DNA of 64,000 bases from Somniosus microcephalus. Its lineage: Eukaryota. The notes under the pieces are model-generated. The model was given only the letters and a program-made list of their open reading frames with translations, did not search any database and was not told where the DNA came from. Below are positions 23,870 to 36,598 of this stretch, one piece after another; within the stretch, counting starts at the first letter, position 1; every line of letters starts with the position of its first letter. Location of the stretch: contig CM126220.1 of the NCBI GenBank assembly GCA_052327205.1, positions 48,484,001 to 48,548,000 on the forward strand, in the 5' to 3' direction. The translations under genes were made by a program, and so were the position numbers.

Positions 23870-24646
23870 TGCCTAGAATTTGTGGTTGCAATGACAGCAA
23901 AATTGTCAGTGTTCGCCGTCATTACTCTGTAAAACTGACAGCAATATCTGGAGTTTGCACATGCGCATTAAAAGGCAGAAATCCATAAGTTTCTGTCAGT
24001 GATTCCCTGCTCCTCCACAGGGTGTGCTGTTGCAGTCATCACAGATGGAATCAATTAGAAATCACTGAATTAACATGAACTCCCACTTTTTACATGCTAT
24101 TCTCATTGTAAAAACCCTTGAAAAAGTTAAGCCTTGTTGAATGAGGTATAACTGAGTTTTTAATGGCATACTAAGTCATAATTACTGCTGAATAACCTCT
24201 CTGGCTCTGAAAAACTAATTTTATATTTGTGGATTGTCATTTTCTCCATTCCATGATAAAAAATTCCATAGATTTTTAAAATAATAAAAATTAATTTAGT
24301 TTATTTTTAAAGTTTGTTTCTGATATTTCAGCTTCTATCTTAATCCCATGTGTTGGTCCCAATCAATATTTTGATTTCTGTAAAATTATTAAAATGAATA
24401 ATAAAACTGCTTTTTATTTCCTGGTTTGCTTTATATGAGAATTCTTCAATATGATTGGCTGCTTAGCCTGCTTGATGACATCACTGTCGCTGGATGCCAG
24501 TGATCCCCTATAGATTGCGCCAGAATTAAATTAACGTCAGAAAAAGTGAAATCAATGCCACAGAGTCTGCTAAAAGTTTGTGGGCAGCTTTCTTTGAGGT
24601 CAGCAGCGAGTGCCATCTTTTTACCACTGACCACAAAATCTGGGCC
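23870..24646. mobile_element. Non-autonomous TIR element, inverted relative of 8217-9012
   Basis: GCCTAGAATTTGTGGT / ACCACAAAATCTGGGCC, with AAT at both flanks. Confidence 0.7.
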
Positions 24647-24944
24647 AATATATACACAAGGTAATTGATTCCATGTGCTAGCTGAAATGTATTTTATATT
24701 TGTATAGCAGTATCTAAAAATTATTTGTCATTAATATTTGTCAGTTCTTCTTTGCACTTGCTATGTTGTACATCCTTTATTACTATAGTTCCCTTGTCTG
24801 TACAGTCAGCTTATCTTTTTGACTATTACTTTTTGTTCTCAACAGAAATAAGCAAAAAAAGCATCTTGTACATATGAAAAGTAGCTGGGCAATAAATATA
24901 TGTTGGAGTTGTATGTATGCAAACCTGCTGACACTTATGTAAGG

Positions 24945-25195
24945 AAGAAAGAATGAACTTGCACTTATGTAGCACCCAGTCATGTCCTCAGAACATCCCA
25001 AAATGCTTTACAGCCAATAGATGACTTTTGAAGTGCAGTCACTGTTGTTACTGTAGGCAAACAGGGCAGCCAATTTGCACAAACGGTAAATGAATGAATT
25101 ATCAGAGAATCTAGTTTTGGTAGTGTTGGTTGATGGAAGAGTGTTGGCCAGGACACCAGGAAGAATTCCTGCTCCTCTTTGAATGTAATTCACCC
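24945..25195 (-). mobile_element. Deu-type SINE 3' half
   Basis: TTTACAGCCAATAG...TTTTGAAGTGCAGTCACTGTTGT...TTGGCCAGGACACC. Confidence 0.75.
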
Positions 25196-26249
25196 TGATC
25201 ATCTGTTACTTTGTATGCAGACAGTGAACAGTGAATGACCAACTTATCTGCTCCAAAGAATAGCTTTGTAATATCCTTCCGTGAGTCACACAATGCTGTA
25301 ACTCTTCAATAATCACTGAAGTACAGTTATGGTACAGTTCCATTGCCCCTCAGTTCTCATAGCGATAAACTATGAGATCTGCAGCAGCTCTTTGAAGCCG
25401 TGCATATATGTTGACTTATTTATTGTTATTATTATATAGGTTGTGTCTGGGGAAAAAGGAAATCGCTGCAATTGAATATTGGGAATTAAACTTGAGCTTC
25501 ACGTTTCTGGATTTCACGTTGTTTGTGCTGGTTGACTTCCACACGTTATTCATAAAGTCATAATGCTGCCTTGGATCAATGTTATAGAGTAGTAAAAAAA
25601 TGTGTCTGGAAATTAGATTTTATGATCATTTTGTGCAAATGCTTAACATGTTGGCATAAAATTCCTCAATCTGCTTTTTAGGCTGGCACGCTAAACACTT
25701 TTAAGAGCTCTGAGACTTGGACAAAGGAATTTGTCTCGTTTTATCCCATAGCCTAATTGGCAGGCTATGCTAGACTAGTTTAATAAAGGGCAAGAAAAAT
25801 ATGTTTAATTTGAACTGAAAATAATAATTTTGCACGGAATGTACTTGTAATGCTTCCTTCAATAATTCTGGAAGCCCAAGTGGTACACTTAAGAGGTTAA
25901 ATGTTAACGCAGCTAATCTAATTTTGATTTCAGTGTCTTGTGTGTGAGGTATGTTGTCAGCCCACTGGTGGAAGAAACTACTCTGGCAGTTTCTGTTTTA
26001 CTAGAAACTTCCACTATGAAAGCTCAATCTGCCAGACTTATTAAAGGCTTCTGTTGGAGATCAAAGCAACACTCTTCTCGAGAAGACCCGTGAGAAACTG
26101 TGTGCATTTGAGGCAGATACTCAACTTTAAAGAAGCTGATCATAATACCGATAGCACAAACAGAAAGCATCTGCAGGGTTTTAGCCACCATCTAAAGGCT
26201 TGCACTTTGCCCACTAGCTTTTCTTGTTTACCGAACAGCCTGCACCCTC

Positions 26250-26410
26250 CAAATTACTGTGAACAATGTCTGCCAATCTGTCACGTGCACAATTGACCTT
26301 TAACCTGCTGGGGGTTAAACGTACAAAATTGTACATAAGTTTAGCTTAGCAGTGTTCAGCATACCAGGGCTGTCAAATAAACAGACGGTCATTTTGTGCA
26401 CGTGAACCTG
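26250..26410. promoter_or_regulatory. Candidate enhancer with a DR1 nuclear-receptor element inside an inverted repeat
   Basis: TGACCT-T-TAACCT 26294-26306; CACGTG at 26282 and 26399; TGTCA+AAATAAACA 26371-26383. Confidence 0.35.
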
Positions 26411-27051
26411 CCTTACATAATATCCAACTCAGCACAATACAATAGTTACTGTATCAATGTTTTGTAAGTAAGCACTCCCGTTTGGACATTAGGGAAACAT
26501 AATTTAAAATGCCTATCAAAATGCATTCAGGGTACATTGAACCACATGAGAGATTTATGATGCAGCAGAGATTCAGAATAAGTGCCCACTTACCAAAACA
26601 CTGTTAGCAACTAAAATGCTCTAATGAGTAACATTCCAAAACATGTACACTCCATGGCAGAAGAATTGTTTCCTTGTGTTCAGAATTCAAGGAAAGGATG
26701 TGAATTGAGGGATCTCACTATTACCAAAGAAATGCCTTGTGCAATAGTAAACTTGGGGAAGACAAAATCTTGGGAGACTCTAGCTATAAGGGGAACGTTT
26801 CTCCTTTTTATTTTTGTTTACCTTATTTGTGTTGGAATCCAGCTGCTTTTAAAATCTGATTAAACAATCAGTGCACACGAGCACTGCTTCAGTCTTCTGA
26901 AGTAAAGAAGGAAAGGGCCGGAACCAACAATAGCACGCAGCCAATAATATCACCGCACTGCAATTATTTTTCCACCTGTTTTCTTTCAACCCACCTACTA
27001 AAATTCAGACACCAACTCTGCCCACTTACCAAAGCACAGTTCTGACACTCT

Positions 27052-27192
27052 GGGGGTAATTTAGTGTAAAAGGGGTACTATCAATTCAGCCCATTGAGGT
27101 CAATCGAAATGAAAACCAGGAGAGGTGTTTAACGGGTGGCTGATTCGATATCGCCCATTTTGCACTATCGCCCCAAGTCAAATTTACCCCCC
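27052..27192. mobile_element. Short degenerate fold-back MITE
   Basis: GGGGGTAATTT...AAATTTACCCCC ends with partly complementary arms. Confidence 0.55.
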
Positions 27193-27978
27193 ACTGAACT
27201 TTAAATCTCACCAGTTTAGTTTAGATTATATTGGGTCGATAGTCACGTGAAGTATTTCGAAGTTTAGACTAACTCTCTGCATGACTACGATGATAAATAC
27301 CATTTAAATTTAATGCAATATGAATTGAATGTGATTTTTTTTTGGAGCAGAAAATTTGCTGCACATTTCGGAGCTCTCGGGCTTGGATGAGAGTTACAGG
27401 AAGTACAGTCAGAGGCTGGCTGGAGGCACTCATTGAGAACAGCTGCATGCGTGATACGCAGTGAGACAAGAGCTCTAGCAGAATAATTGCTCTGCAAACT
27501 GCAGATACGAAACCATGTGAATTATAAGTAAAATGCAGGAAGCATTTTTAATGAGTCTTTAACAGCTGGAGAGAAGTTCACTTGTTACCTTTTTAAAAAC
27601 ATTAAAATGTTTTAATCACATACACTTGTTGCAAGACAAGATTGTTCCACCTTACAAATATACTAATTCGCTCATACCTTTTAAATATCTTTACAATAAA
27701 AGTATGTACTTTTGGAGGGTAATGAAGAAGTCTTGTCATATTTGTTGATTTTTCAAATATGCCATTGCGGCTTCCATTGCAGTCAATACGGCTCACACAT
27801 CAAGTAACTAAATATTTCCCAAATTGAATTAATGGTGCTAAATGTTCAATCTATGTTTTACAATGATGTAATGTTAAAATTGCTTCATATTTGATTATCA
27901 AATGTTAGACAGTAAAACCTGTGTGACAGCAAGAAGCTGTCTGCACCCATCGCTTTGGGATCTTGTGTGATGGTCATT

Positions 27979-28384
27979 CTTCTTCTTTTGTACAGTAGTA
28001 GCAAAGCAAATCAATGTCAATATCTAAGTCAGATATCCAGGCCAAAGCTTCCGGTGTAACAGCATGGGTATCTTGTCGGCTGCCTGCAAATTTCCTCTGA
28101 GGGCAGTGCTCAATCATGTGCTCCAGGGTCTGATCAGGAGCTCCACAGTCGCATGATGGGGATGCTTTAATCTTCCATCTATGGAGAAGGTGGCAGCATG
28201 TACCATGGCCGGTTCTGAGGCGGTTGATGGCTCTCCACTGTTTGCGAGGAAGGTTTGACCCTTCAGGTTGTACTGTGTCCATTGCGTATGTCACAGTTCT
28301 TCCAAGCATTTCGCCATCGGTCCTCAAGGCTGAGGGAAGATCGCTGAAGGGTTTTGCCGACAGTCCAAAATGGCCTTCTAGATT
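27979..28384 (-). mobile_element. 5'-truncated Vingi/Ingi-like non-LTR retrotransposon with TSD
   Basis: Minus translation SRRPFW...EDRWRNAW, then (frameshift) LPRKQWRAINRLRTGHG...CDCGAPDQTLEHMIEHC (CCHC). (GAA)n tail; TGATGGTCATT duplicated at 27968-27978 and 28385-28395. Confidence 0.75.
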
Positions 28385-29096
28385 TGATGGTCATTTATCA
28401 GCTGTGTGGGAAGGATGGAAGTTCAACATAAATTAAATCTCCCAAAGGAAGTTGGTCTGTATGGGGTTAAAGAGCCAGGATTTCTTTGGTTTGCTGCATA
28501 GACTCTATTTCAAAATAATGCAAGTCAATCCTGCCCAGAGGTTTCTGAGTGTGCGTCTATGTTTGTACTTATAGCTCCTAAGCTTTAACAGATGTATAAT
28601 CTACTCCTGTTGGGCGTATAACTGATTTTTACACTTTATTTTGCACCTAGGTGTACACAGTTAAGATAAGTGCCTTATGTTTGCATAGTGACAGTAATTT
28701 ATTCATGAAAATGCTGCTCTATGTTTACAGTAATATGATAGATCTACTTAAGCATTCAACGGGCATAATATTTATACCGGCTAACATGATATCATTGTAC
28801 ATCACAGCTTTGGAGTTCATAAAAATTATGTAATTTTGGAATTGTTTGTTTACATATATGAGCAACTCACAAAATCTACATTTGTAAAGCTGAAAATAGA
28901 AGTATGTAATAAAAAAAAATTGAAATTCCATTACAGCAACTCCATAATAAGAACCAGAAAAGCTCTCACCAGCTTAATTTAGTGCCTTCCAAATTCAAAT
29001 GATATAATATAAAAGCATGGGTTTTTGTGTGCTCTGCATTCTCTGTAGCCATGCTGAATTTCAGCCATATCTAAACAAAACCTATGCAGCCTATCT

Positions 29097-29230
29097 CAGT
29101 GTCGTCCAAGACATTGGCTACTAGACACATGTGGCTAATTAGGAATCCCGATGCGACTAATTACAATTCGGATTAGTAAATAAAAGATGAGTAATAGACA
29201 CCGTTGTTGGAACCGTGATCTTAATAACCC
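29097..29230 (+). mobile_element. hAT/Charlie-like terminus remnant (copy 2)
   Basis: CAGTGTCGTCCAA...TAGACACATGTGGCTAATTAGGAATCC...GATTAGTAAATAAAA aligns with 11998-12135. Confidence 0.5.
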
Positions 29231-29343
29231 ACGCTATTTTCCCTTGATTGACCTTGTTAAGCCCGCCCAGCGAGCTTAGCAGGCCAATTAAAGGAAAGTC
29301 GGTTGCAGGTGACGTCAGTGAGTGACGTTTCATCTGTCAAGAG
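29228..29343 (-). mobile_element. Internal fragment of the 37734-type TIR element
   Basis: GATTGACCTTGTT...AGCAGGCCAATTAA...CAGGTGACGTCA...TTTCATCTGTCAAGA is the reverse complement of 38362-38460. Confidence 0.75.
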
Positions 29344-29344
29344 C

Positions 29345-31054
29345 TTTTGAATAATTACTTTGCATTAGTATTTACAATAGAAGAAGAGGATAGCATGTCG
29401 GAAACCCCAAGGAAACTAATATTGAATCAGGGACAGGAACTCAATAAAATTAATGTAAGTAAAATAACTGTAATGAAGTAAATATAGCACTAAAGAGTGA
29501 CAAATCACCAGGACCAGATGGTTTCCATCCCAGGGTTTAAAGGAAGTAGGTGAGCACATTGCAGATTCCATAACTATAATCTTCCAAAGTTCTCTAGATT
29601 CAGGAACTGTTCCTTTAGATTGGAAAATTGCGCATGTCACTCCGCTTTTTAAAAATGGCGAGAGAGGGAAACCAAGGAATTATAGACCAGCTAGTCTAAC
29701 ATATGTTATCGGGAAATTGCTAGAGTCTATAATTAAGGATAGGGTGACTGAACATCTGAAAAATTTTCAGTTGGTCAGAGAGAGCCAGCATGGATTTGTG
29801 AAAGATAGATCATGCCTAACAAACCTGATTGAATATTTTAAAGAGGTGACGAAAGTAGTGGACAGGGGAATGTCTATGGATGTTATTTATATGGACTGCC
29901 AGAAGGCATTTGATAAAGTCCCATATAAGAGCCTGTTATCTAAGGTAGAACCCACGGAATTAAGGGCAAATTATTGACCTGGCTAGGAAATTGGCTGAGC
30001 GGCAGGAGACAGAGAGTATGGATAATGAATAGGTACTCTAATTGGCAGGATGTGACTAGTGGTGTCCCCCAGGGATCTGTGTTGGGGCCTCAACTATTCA
30101 CAATATTTATTAACGACTTAGATGATGGCATAGAAAGTCATAGATCCAAGTTTGCCGATGACACAAAGATAGGCGGCATTGTAGGCAGTGTAGAGGAAAG
30201 CATAAAATTACAAAGGGATATTGATAGATTAAGTGAATGGGCAAAACTGTGGCAAATGGATTTCAATGTAAGCAAATGTGAGGTCATCAACTTTGGACCT
30301 AAAAAGGATACTTTCTAAATGGTAAAAAGCTAAAAATAATGGAGGTCCAAAGATTCTTGGGGGTCCAGGTACATAGATCATTAAAATGTCATGAACAGGT
30401 ACAGAAAATAATCAAAAAGGCTAATGAATGCTGGCCTTTATATCTAGAGGACTAGAATACAAAGGGGTAGAAGTTATGCTGCAGCTCTACAAAGCCCTGG
30501 TTAGACCACACCTGGAGCACTGTGAACAGTTCTGGGCACCACACTTTAGGAAGGATATATTGGGAGTGCAGTGTAGGTTTACCAGAATGATACCCGGACT
30601 TCAAGGATTAAGTTAAAAGGAGAGATTACACAAATTAGGGTTGTATTCCCTAGAATGTAATCCCTAGAGTGATTTGATTGAAGTTTTCAAGATATTAAGG
30701 GGAACAGATAGGGTAGATGGAGAGAAATTATTTCCGCTGGTTGGGGATTCACAGACTAGGGGTCACAGTCTAAAAATTAGAGCCAGATCTTTCAGGAGTG
30801 AAATTAGGAAACACTTCTACGCACAAAGGGTCGTAGAAGTTTGGAACTCTCTTCCGCAAACAGCAATTGATGCTAGATCAATTGTTAATTTTAAATCTGA
30901 GATTGATAGCTTTTTGTTAACCAAACTATTAAGGGATATGGGCCAAAGGCGCGTATATGCAGTTAGGTCACAGATCATCCATGATCTCATTGAATGGCAG
31001 AACAGGCTTGAGTGGTTGAATGGCCTACCCCTGTTTCTATGTTCCTATGTTCCT
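29345..31054 (+). mobile_element. 5'-truncated CR1 LINE (RT plus 3' UTR)
   Basis: QHGFVKDRSCLTNL, GVPQGSVLGP, SKFADDTKI, LVRPHLE; tail (CTATGTTC)n; several frameshifts and stops. Confidence 0.95.
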
Positions 31055-31289
31055 AAAATGGTTAGAAAAAAGCAGAGTGTGCAAGTGTTTTTGATTGCCG
31101 TGAATGCTTTACTTCCATGGTTACTGATGTTTGTTATGTAACTATACATATGTGAAGTATATTTACCTGTATTGTGTGAGCTTGTGTAAGGAGTTTTATA
31201 CTAAAATTAGTGCATGTGACCAAAATGGTATCACTGTAGCCACACCTGTGCCTAGTCAGCACTTTCTATTGGACAACACTGGTCAATAT

Positions 31290-31625
31290 ACAAAAGCAAA
31301 ACACTGTGGATGCAGGAAATCTGAAATAAAAACAGAAAATGCTGGAAACATTCAGCAGGTCAGGTAGCATCTGAGAGTTTGTAAAGTGCCTCATCGAAAC
31401 ATGAGTTGCTGTTCCTCGAGCTTGCATTGAGCATTGTAAAATGGTCTATATACAATGCCTCACATGGTGAAGTATACACATCAGTATAACATTGCTTTAA
31501 AATAAATAAAAACAGAAAATGCTGGAAATACTCAGCAGGCCAGGCAGCATCTGTGAAGAGAGAAACGGAGTTAATGGTTCAGGTCGATGACCTTTCGTCA
31601 GAACTGGAAAACGTTAACGATATAA
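31290..31625 (-). mobile_element. Penelope-like element remnants (two termini plus GIY-YIG C-terminal fragment)
   Basis: Reverse complement of 31381-31436 translates NAQCKLEEQQLMFR*GTL (Penelope endonuclease end); termini at 31290-31375 and 31505-31610; degenerate hammerhead at 31569-31606. Confidence 0.7.
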
Positions 31626-31769
31626 CAGATTAAGGCCTGGCAACGTTAAATTTAGGAGACAAGTTAAATTTTAAACTAAAATACCAACTTTTTTTTGGAG
31701 GGTGGGGGGTGGGGTTGTTAAGGGCATTAGTAAGCTATATTATCTTTCTAGTGCAACTGCAGTTAAGCA

Positions 31770-32190
31770 ATTCTCCTGTAACTCAATGAAGCTCAGGGCA
31801 GAGCAGTTCGTTTGATTGGCATCCCAGTCACTGAACTTAATATCCCTCCTTCCACTGTGGTTGCAGCATGTACGACCTACAGGAAGCGCTGCGACAATTC
31901 ACCAAAACTACATCGACATGCCCTTCCTCCCCTTTGACCCCTTCCACCAAGAAGGACAAGAACTGCAATGTCATGGGATCACCATCACTTCCAGGTTCCA
32001 CTCCAAGGTGTCCACATGTATCACCGTTCCTTCATCATCACTGGGTCAATGTCCTGGAATTCCCGACCTAACACCATAAGCATAAGGACTGCAGTGCTTC
32101 AAGGAAAAGGCCCACCGTCATCTTCTAAGGCCAACAAAGGATGGGCAATAAATGCACCGTTACCAAAATCACACAAATCCTGAGAACAGA
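31770..32190 (+). mobile_element. Old degenerate 3' end of the CR1/L2-group LINE
   Basis: GGACTGCAGTG-TTCAAG...GATGGGCAATAAATGC, homologous to the reverse complement of 2426-2880. Confidence 0.7.
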
Positions 32191-32265
32191 TAAAGAAAAA
32201 GACTGCCAGTCCCATCATTTCAAAGCTCTACTTCAGAATTTTTATATAACTGAAGATTAGACATT

Positions 32266-32871
32266 GGGCTGCAAATTGTGGTCGGAGGCTTCCCGCAGGC
32301 GAATGCTTCCGAACCGCAAGTAAACTCCTCTCCTACCTGGTGCCTCCGTACCTTCAAAGACTCGAGCTCCTGGACCTGCAGGCATAGGCCTGCATAAGGG
32401 CCCACGTATCCCAGGGGCGCAGGCGGTTCACAAGCATCCCTGGGATCACGTGGGCCAGCCCAACCAATCACAAAGGGGGATTCCCATTATGCTTATGGGG
32501 ATTCCATTGACATACAGAATCCCATAAGCAGAATAGGAATCCCAAAAAACACACTTTCACAACACTGAAATAAAAATAACGCATCACAGGTTCAAAATTA
32601 ATTAAAATAGAATTTAATTAAACATTTAAAGCAAAAATTTAATTTTGGAAAAATAAATTTAAACATTTTTCAAGGGGCCAAAAATAACAAAGTAATTTTA
32701 AAGGTTTTTGTATGGTTAAATCATTTTTTTAATGTATTTTAATATTTATTTAAACCCTTACACTGGTAAAAGGCCTTACGCCTGCTTTTACTGGGTTTTG
32801 TGGGCATTCGCTGGGCAGTAGTTGGGCCAATTCTGCACCACCTGCAGTCATAGACCCGGAAAATCCAGGCC
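32266..32871. mobile_element. Non-autonomous TIR element with 3-bp TSD
   Basis: ATT|GGGCTGCAAATT...AAAATCCAGGCC|ATT; GC-rich ends, AT-rich core. Confidence 0.6.
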
Positions 32872-34067
32872 ATTGATTGCATGTGCTAGTTCAATGTTAC
32901 TTAGCCTTGCCACTTTGGTCAAAAATTGTCTTTTATTTGCACTATATCAAAAAATTGTAGCCCTCAGTTGCCTTGTTGATACGGTGGGTTTGTGCATGAA
33001 TCCACTGTACAGTAACAGGAATATGGGTTTTCCTCAGAATACTCCACATGCCTGGTCTGAACCAGGGCCAATTACAGAGATGCCAAGTAGAGGTGAGACA
33101 TTTGCCCCTGGGAGGCAAAGTTCTAAGATGAGACAAGCTGTGACACTTCTAATACCTCTAGTAGGCACTTTAGGGTTATATTAACAAGGAGCTGGCTGTA
33201 CCCACCCTATTAGGGTGTATTGTATATTATGGAAAAAAGCCTTCAAAATTAGGAAAAAGAAAATTAACAGAAATAAAAAGGTGTTTTGACTACAGTAGAG
33301 CTATATCTTCAAGAATCATGGAAAGAATGTTAATGCTGTTAAAAATAACATAAATGAACTCTGGGTCTAATATGCATTTGGTTGATTAAAAAACAGACAA
33401 AAGCTGTTTCTTAGTAGGTACACCTAAATATTTTATTGCTTTTCAAATGGGGCCACATCCATGCACAGAAATGTATAGCTTATAAGTTGGCTAGATATTG
33501 AATGTTAGTAGATGGGAAATGATAAGCTAGGTTTTTGTTATAGAAGAAGCAAAGTACCCAAAGACTTAAGCCAACAAATTCTGACAACTGCCAGATGTAT
33601 ATTCAATGGGATGCAAATCCTACTGGGTGCAGAATATTCACACTCAAATTCACATTTCACAAAATGCCCATGTTAATCTGGGGAATTGTCCAGTTAACTG
33701 GATAGAATGGAAAGAGTCAGTATTAGTACTTTGGGCAGGCATACACAGAGGAGGAATGCTGTGCATAATTCATTCTTTAAAGGACTAGCCTGGCTTGTGA
33801 GTGGATCAAGAGATCAAACTTTCACAACTATGACCCTTCCTGTTTCATTCCTTTTGGGCAACAGAAAGCAATTCCAGTTTTAAACTAGTTTTAGAGAATG
33901 ATTGAGGATAAATGGAATTTAGTCTGAATATTGATTCTTGACGGTTAATATCATCAGATCTATTGCGCAATATTGAGATATTAATTGGCTAGAAATAGAC
34001 ATGCATTACTATTCCTAGGGCCACAGTAATCTTGTGTTTGGTACCAGGCCTCCTTTACAGTGAATTC

Positions 34068-34471
34068 ATTTTTTTTATGGGATGTGGGCTTTGCTGGCAA
34101 GGCCAGCATTTATTGCCCATCCCTAGTTGCCCTTGAGAAGGTAGTGGTGAGCCGCCTTCTTGAACCGCTGTAGTCCGTGTGGTGAAGGTACTCACACAGT
34201 GCTGTTAGGTAGGGAGTTCCAGGATATTGACCCAGCGACGATGCAGGATCGGCGATGTATTTCTAAGTCAGGATGGTGTGTGATTTGGAGGGGAACTTGG
34301 AGGTGGTGGTGTTCCCATGCGCCTGCTGCCCTTGTCCTTCTAGGTGGAAGAGGTCGCGGGTTTGGGAGATGCTGCCGAAGAAGCCTTGGCGAGTTGCTGC
34401 AGTGCATCTTGTAGATGGTACACACTGCAGCCACTCTACGCCAGTGGTAGTGGGAGTGAATGTTTAAGGTG
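34068..34471 (-). mobile_element. 3' end of a CR1/L2-group LINE
   Basis: Near-identical to 2426-2830. Confidence 0.9.
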
Positions 34472-34861
34472 AATGAATGAAAAAAGATTCTATTCTGATG
34501 TTACAGAATGCCAAAATACGGCATTTCAGTGGCTTTGTATGCTCTGTAAACCACTGAATTTTGTAAATCGTGCTTCTTCCTTACCCTACATGTTGACTAG
34601 TTTTACAAGTTTATTTTGAGTTATTTTTAAAGATCTGAAACAACAAAATGATTTTATCTTAATTGAAGACAATTCCATGGCACAGAATTACAGCACTATG
34701 ATGTAGCTGTATAATAATCGTTAAGTTTCGTATTGAGCACAACCAGCTAATGTACACATTATGGAGAGGTAAAAAGTAGTGGTCAAAGTCTTCATTTATA
34801 TTATATTAAGGCAATCATCAAAAAATGGCTTTTGTAGTACAGACTAAATGTTTGTAATATT

Positions 34862-35305
34862 GTCAGCCATGGCTCAGTGGGTAGCACTCTCACCTCTGAC
34901 TCAGAAGGTTATGAGTTCAAGTCCCACTCCAGAGACTTAAGAACAAAAATCTAGGCTGACACTCCAGTACAGTACTGAGGGAGGTGCTGCCTTTTGGATG
35001 AGATGTTAAACTGAGGCCCCATCTGCCCTCTCGGGTGAACGTAAAAGATCCCATGGCACTATTTTGCAGGGGAGTTATCCACTGTATCCTGGGCCAATAT
35101 TGATCCCTCAACCAACATCAATAAAAGAGATGATCTGGTCATTATACCATTGCTGTTTGTGGGAGCTTGCTGTGCGCAAATTGGCAGCCGCGTTCCTACA
35201 TTACAACAGTGACTACAATTCAAAAATATACTTCATTGGCTGTAAAGCATTTTGGGATGTCCTGATCATGAAAGGCGCTATATAAATGGAAGTCTTTCTT
35301 TTCTT
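34862..35305 (+). mobile_element. Near full-length Deu-domain tRNA-SINE (SacSINE1-like)
   Basis: A-box TGGCTCAGTGG, B-box GAGTTCAAGTCC, central GATGAGATGTTAAAC...AAAGATCCCATGGCAC, L2-type tail AAAGGCGCTATATAAATG. Confidence 0.8.
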
Positions 35306-36156
35306 TTATTGGTGGAAGAAGTTATTACAAGAGAGAACAATTTAAAATGCTGTTATTGTTTGACGTGAATTTGTCAATTACTGCTTCGAATAATTCTTGG
35401 ACTCATAAAGTGCAAGTTTTAAAAATAATCCACTGTAAATAACCCATTGATATCCAGTCTATAGACGGGGGTTCCCATTACAGTGATCTTACTTGGAGAT
35501 CTGATTCCTGCACAAGAGTTATGATGATTATGGTCTGGGATTGCCTGAAAATTGCCAAATTTTGGGATAGCTTCTGAAAATTAATTTTAACTATGTCAAA
35601 ATGTTAAGATATTGAATCTCATGTGACTGGCCCTCAGAGCAGATGCAGAAAATAAAACATGTTTTTGGATGGTGGAACCAAAAAATAGAACAAAATAGAG
35701 AAGGAAAATGTCATAATATATTTGATTTATTTTTTAATTAAACTGAAAGTATTAGACAGGCAGTGGAGGAAAATTGGAAGACAAAATGAACAGAAGTAAA
35801 GTTTAATTTTTATTTGTTTTAATTTAAAATTATTTCAAATATTTAGTTTAGTCGTGTAGGGTAAATACTACAGTAATAAATGTACACCTGATATTACAGT
35901 AATAAGAGTTTGTTTCAGTTTTACAGTGTGTGAGCAGTAAATATGAAAAATATGGCAAGCCAGGGTGAATGCAATTTCCTCAGGCCTGTCAGATGTTCAA
36001 GGTTTGGGAAAGGGTTTTATTGATAAGAATTTAAGTGTTAATTAATGACTAGTTGCATTTATGTGAATGGTAAATAAATCATGTACATTATCCTTCGGTG
36101 TTAGATTTCCAATTGCATTATTAATGGAAATTTTCTGTTCAACATTTTGATTCCAT

Positions 36157-36598
36157 AGAAAGAAAGACTTGCATTTACATTGCACCTTTCATCACCTCAG
36201 GACATTCCAAAGTGCATTACAGCCAATGAAGTACTTTTAAAGTGCAGTCACTGTTGTAATGTAGGAAACGCGGCAGCCAATTCGCATACAGCAAGATTCC
36301 ACAAAACAGCAATTCACTAAATGACAAGATCATCTATTTTAGGTATTGGTTGAGAGATAAATGTTTGGCCAGGACACCAGCAGAACTCTTATGCTCTTCC
36401 AATAGTGCCATGGGATCTTTTATGTCCACTTCAGAGGGCCTCGGCATAATGTCTCATCCGAAAGACAGCACCTCTGACAGTGTAGCACTCCCTCAGTACT
36501 GCACAGGAGTACCAGCTAGATTATGTGCTCCAGTGGGACTTGAACCCACAATCTTCTGACTCAGAGACAAGAGAGCTGCCACTGAGCCAAGGCTGACA
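36157..36598 (-). mobile_element. Near full-length Deu-domain tRNA-SINE
   Basis: Reverse-complement homolog of 34862-35305. Confidence 0.85.

Noticed and set aside
34862-36598. Large inverted repeat suggesting a composite transposon
   Set aside because: Two independent, diverged SINE copies in opposite orientation; no shared TSD seen.
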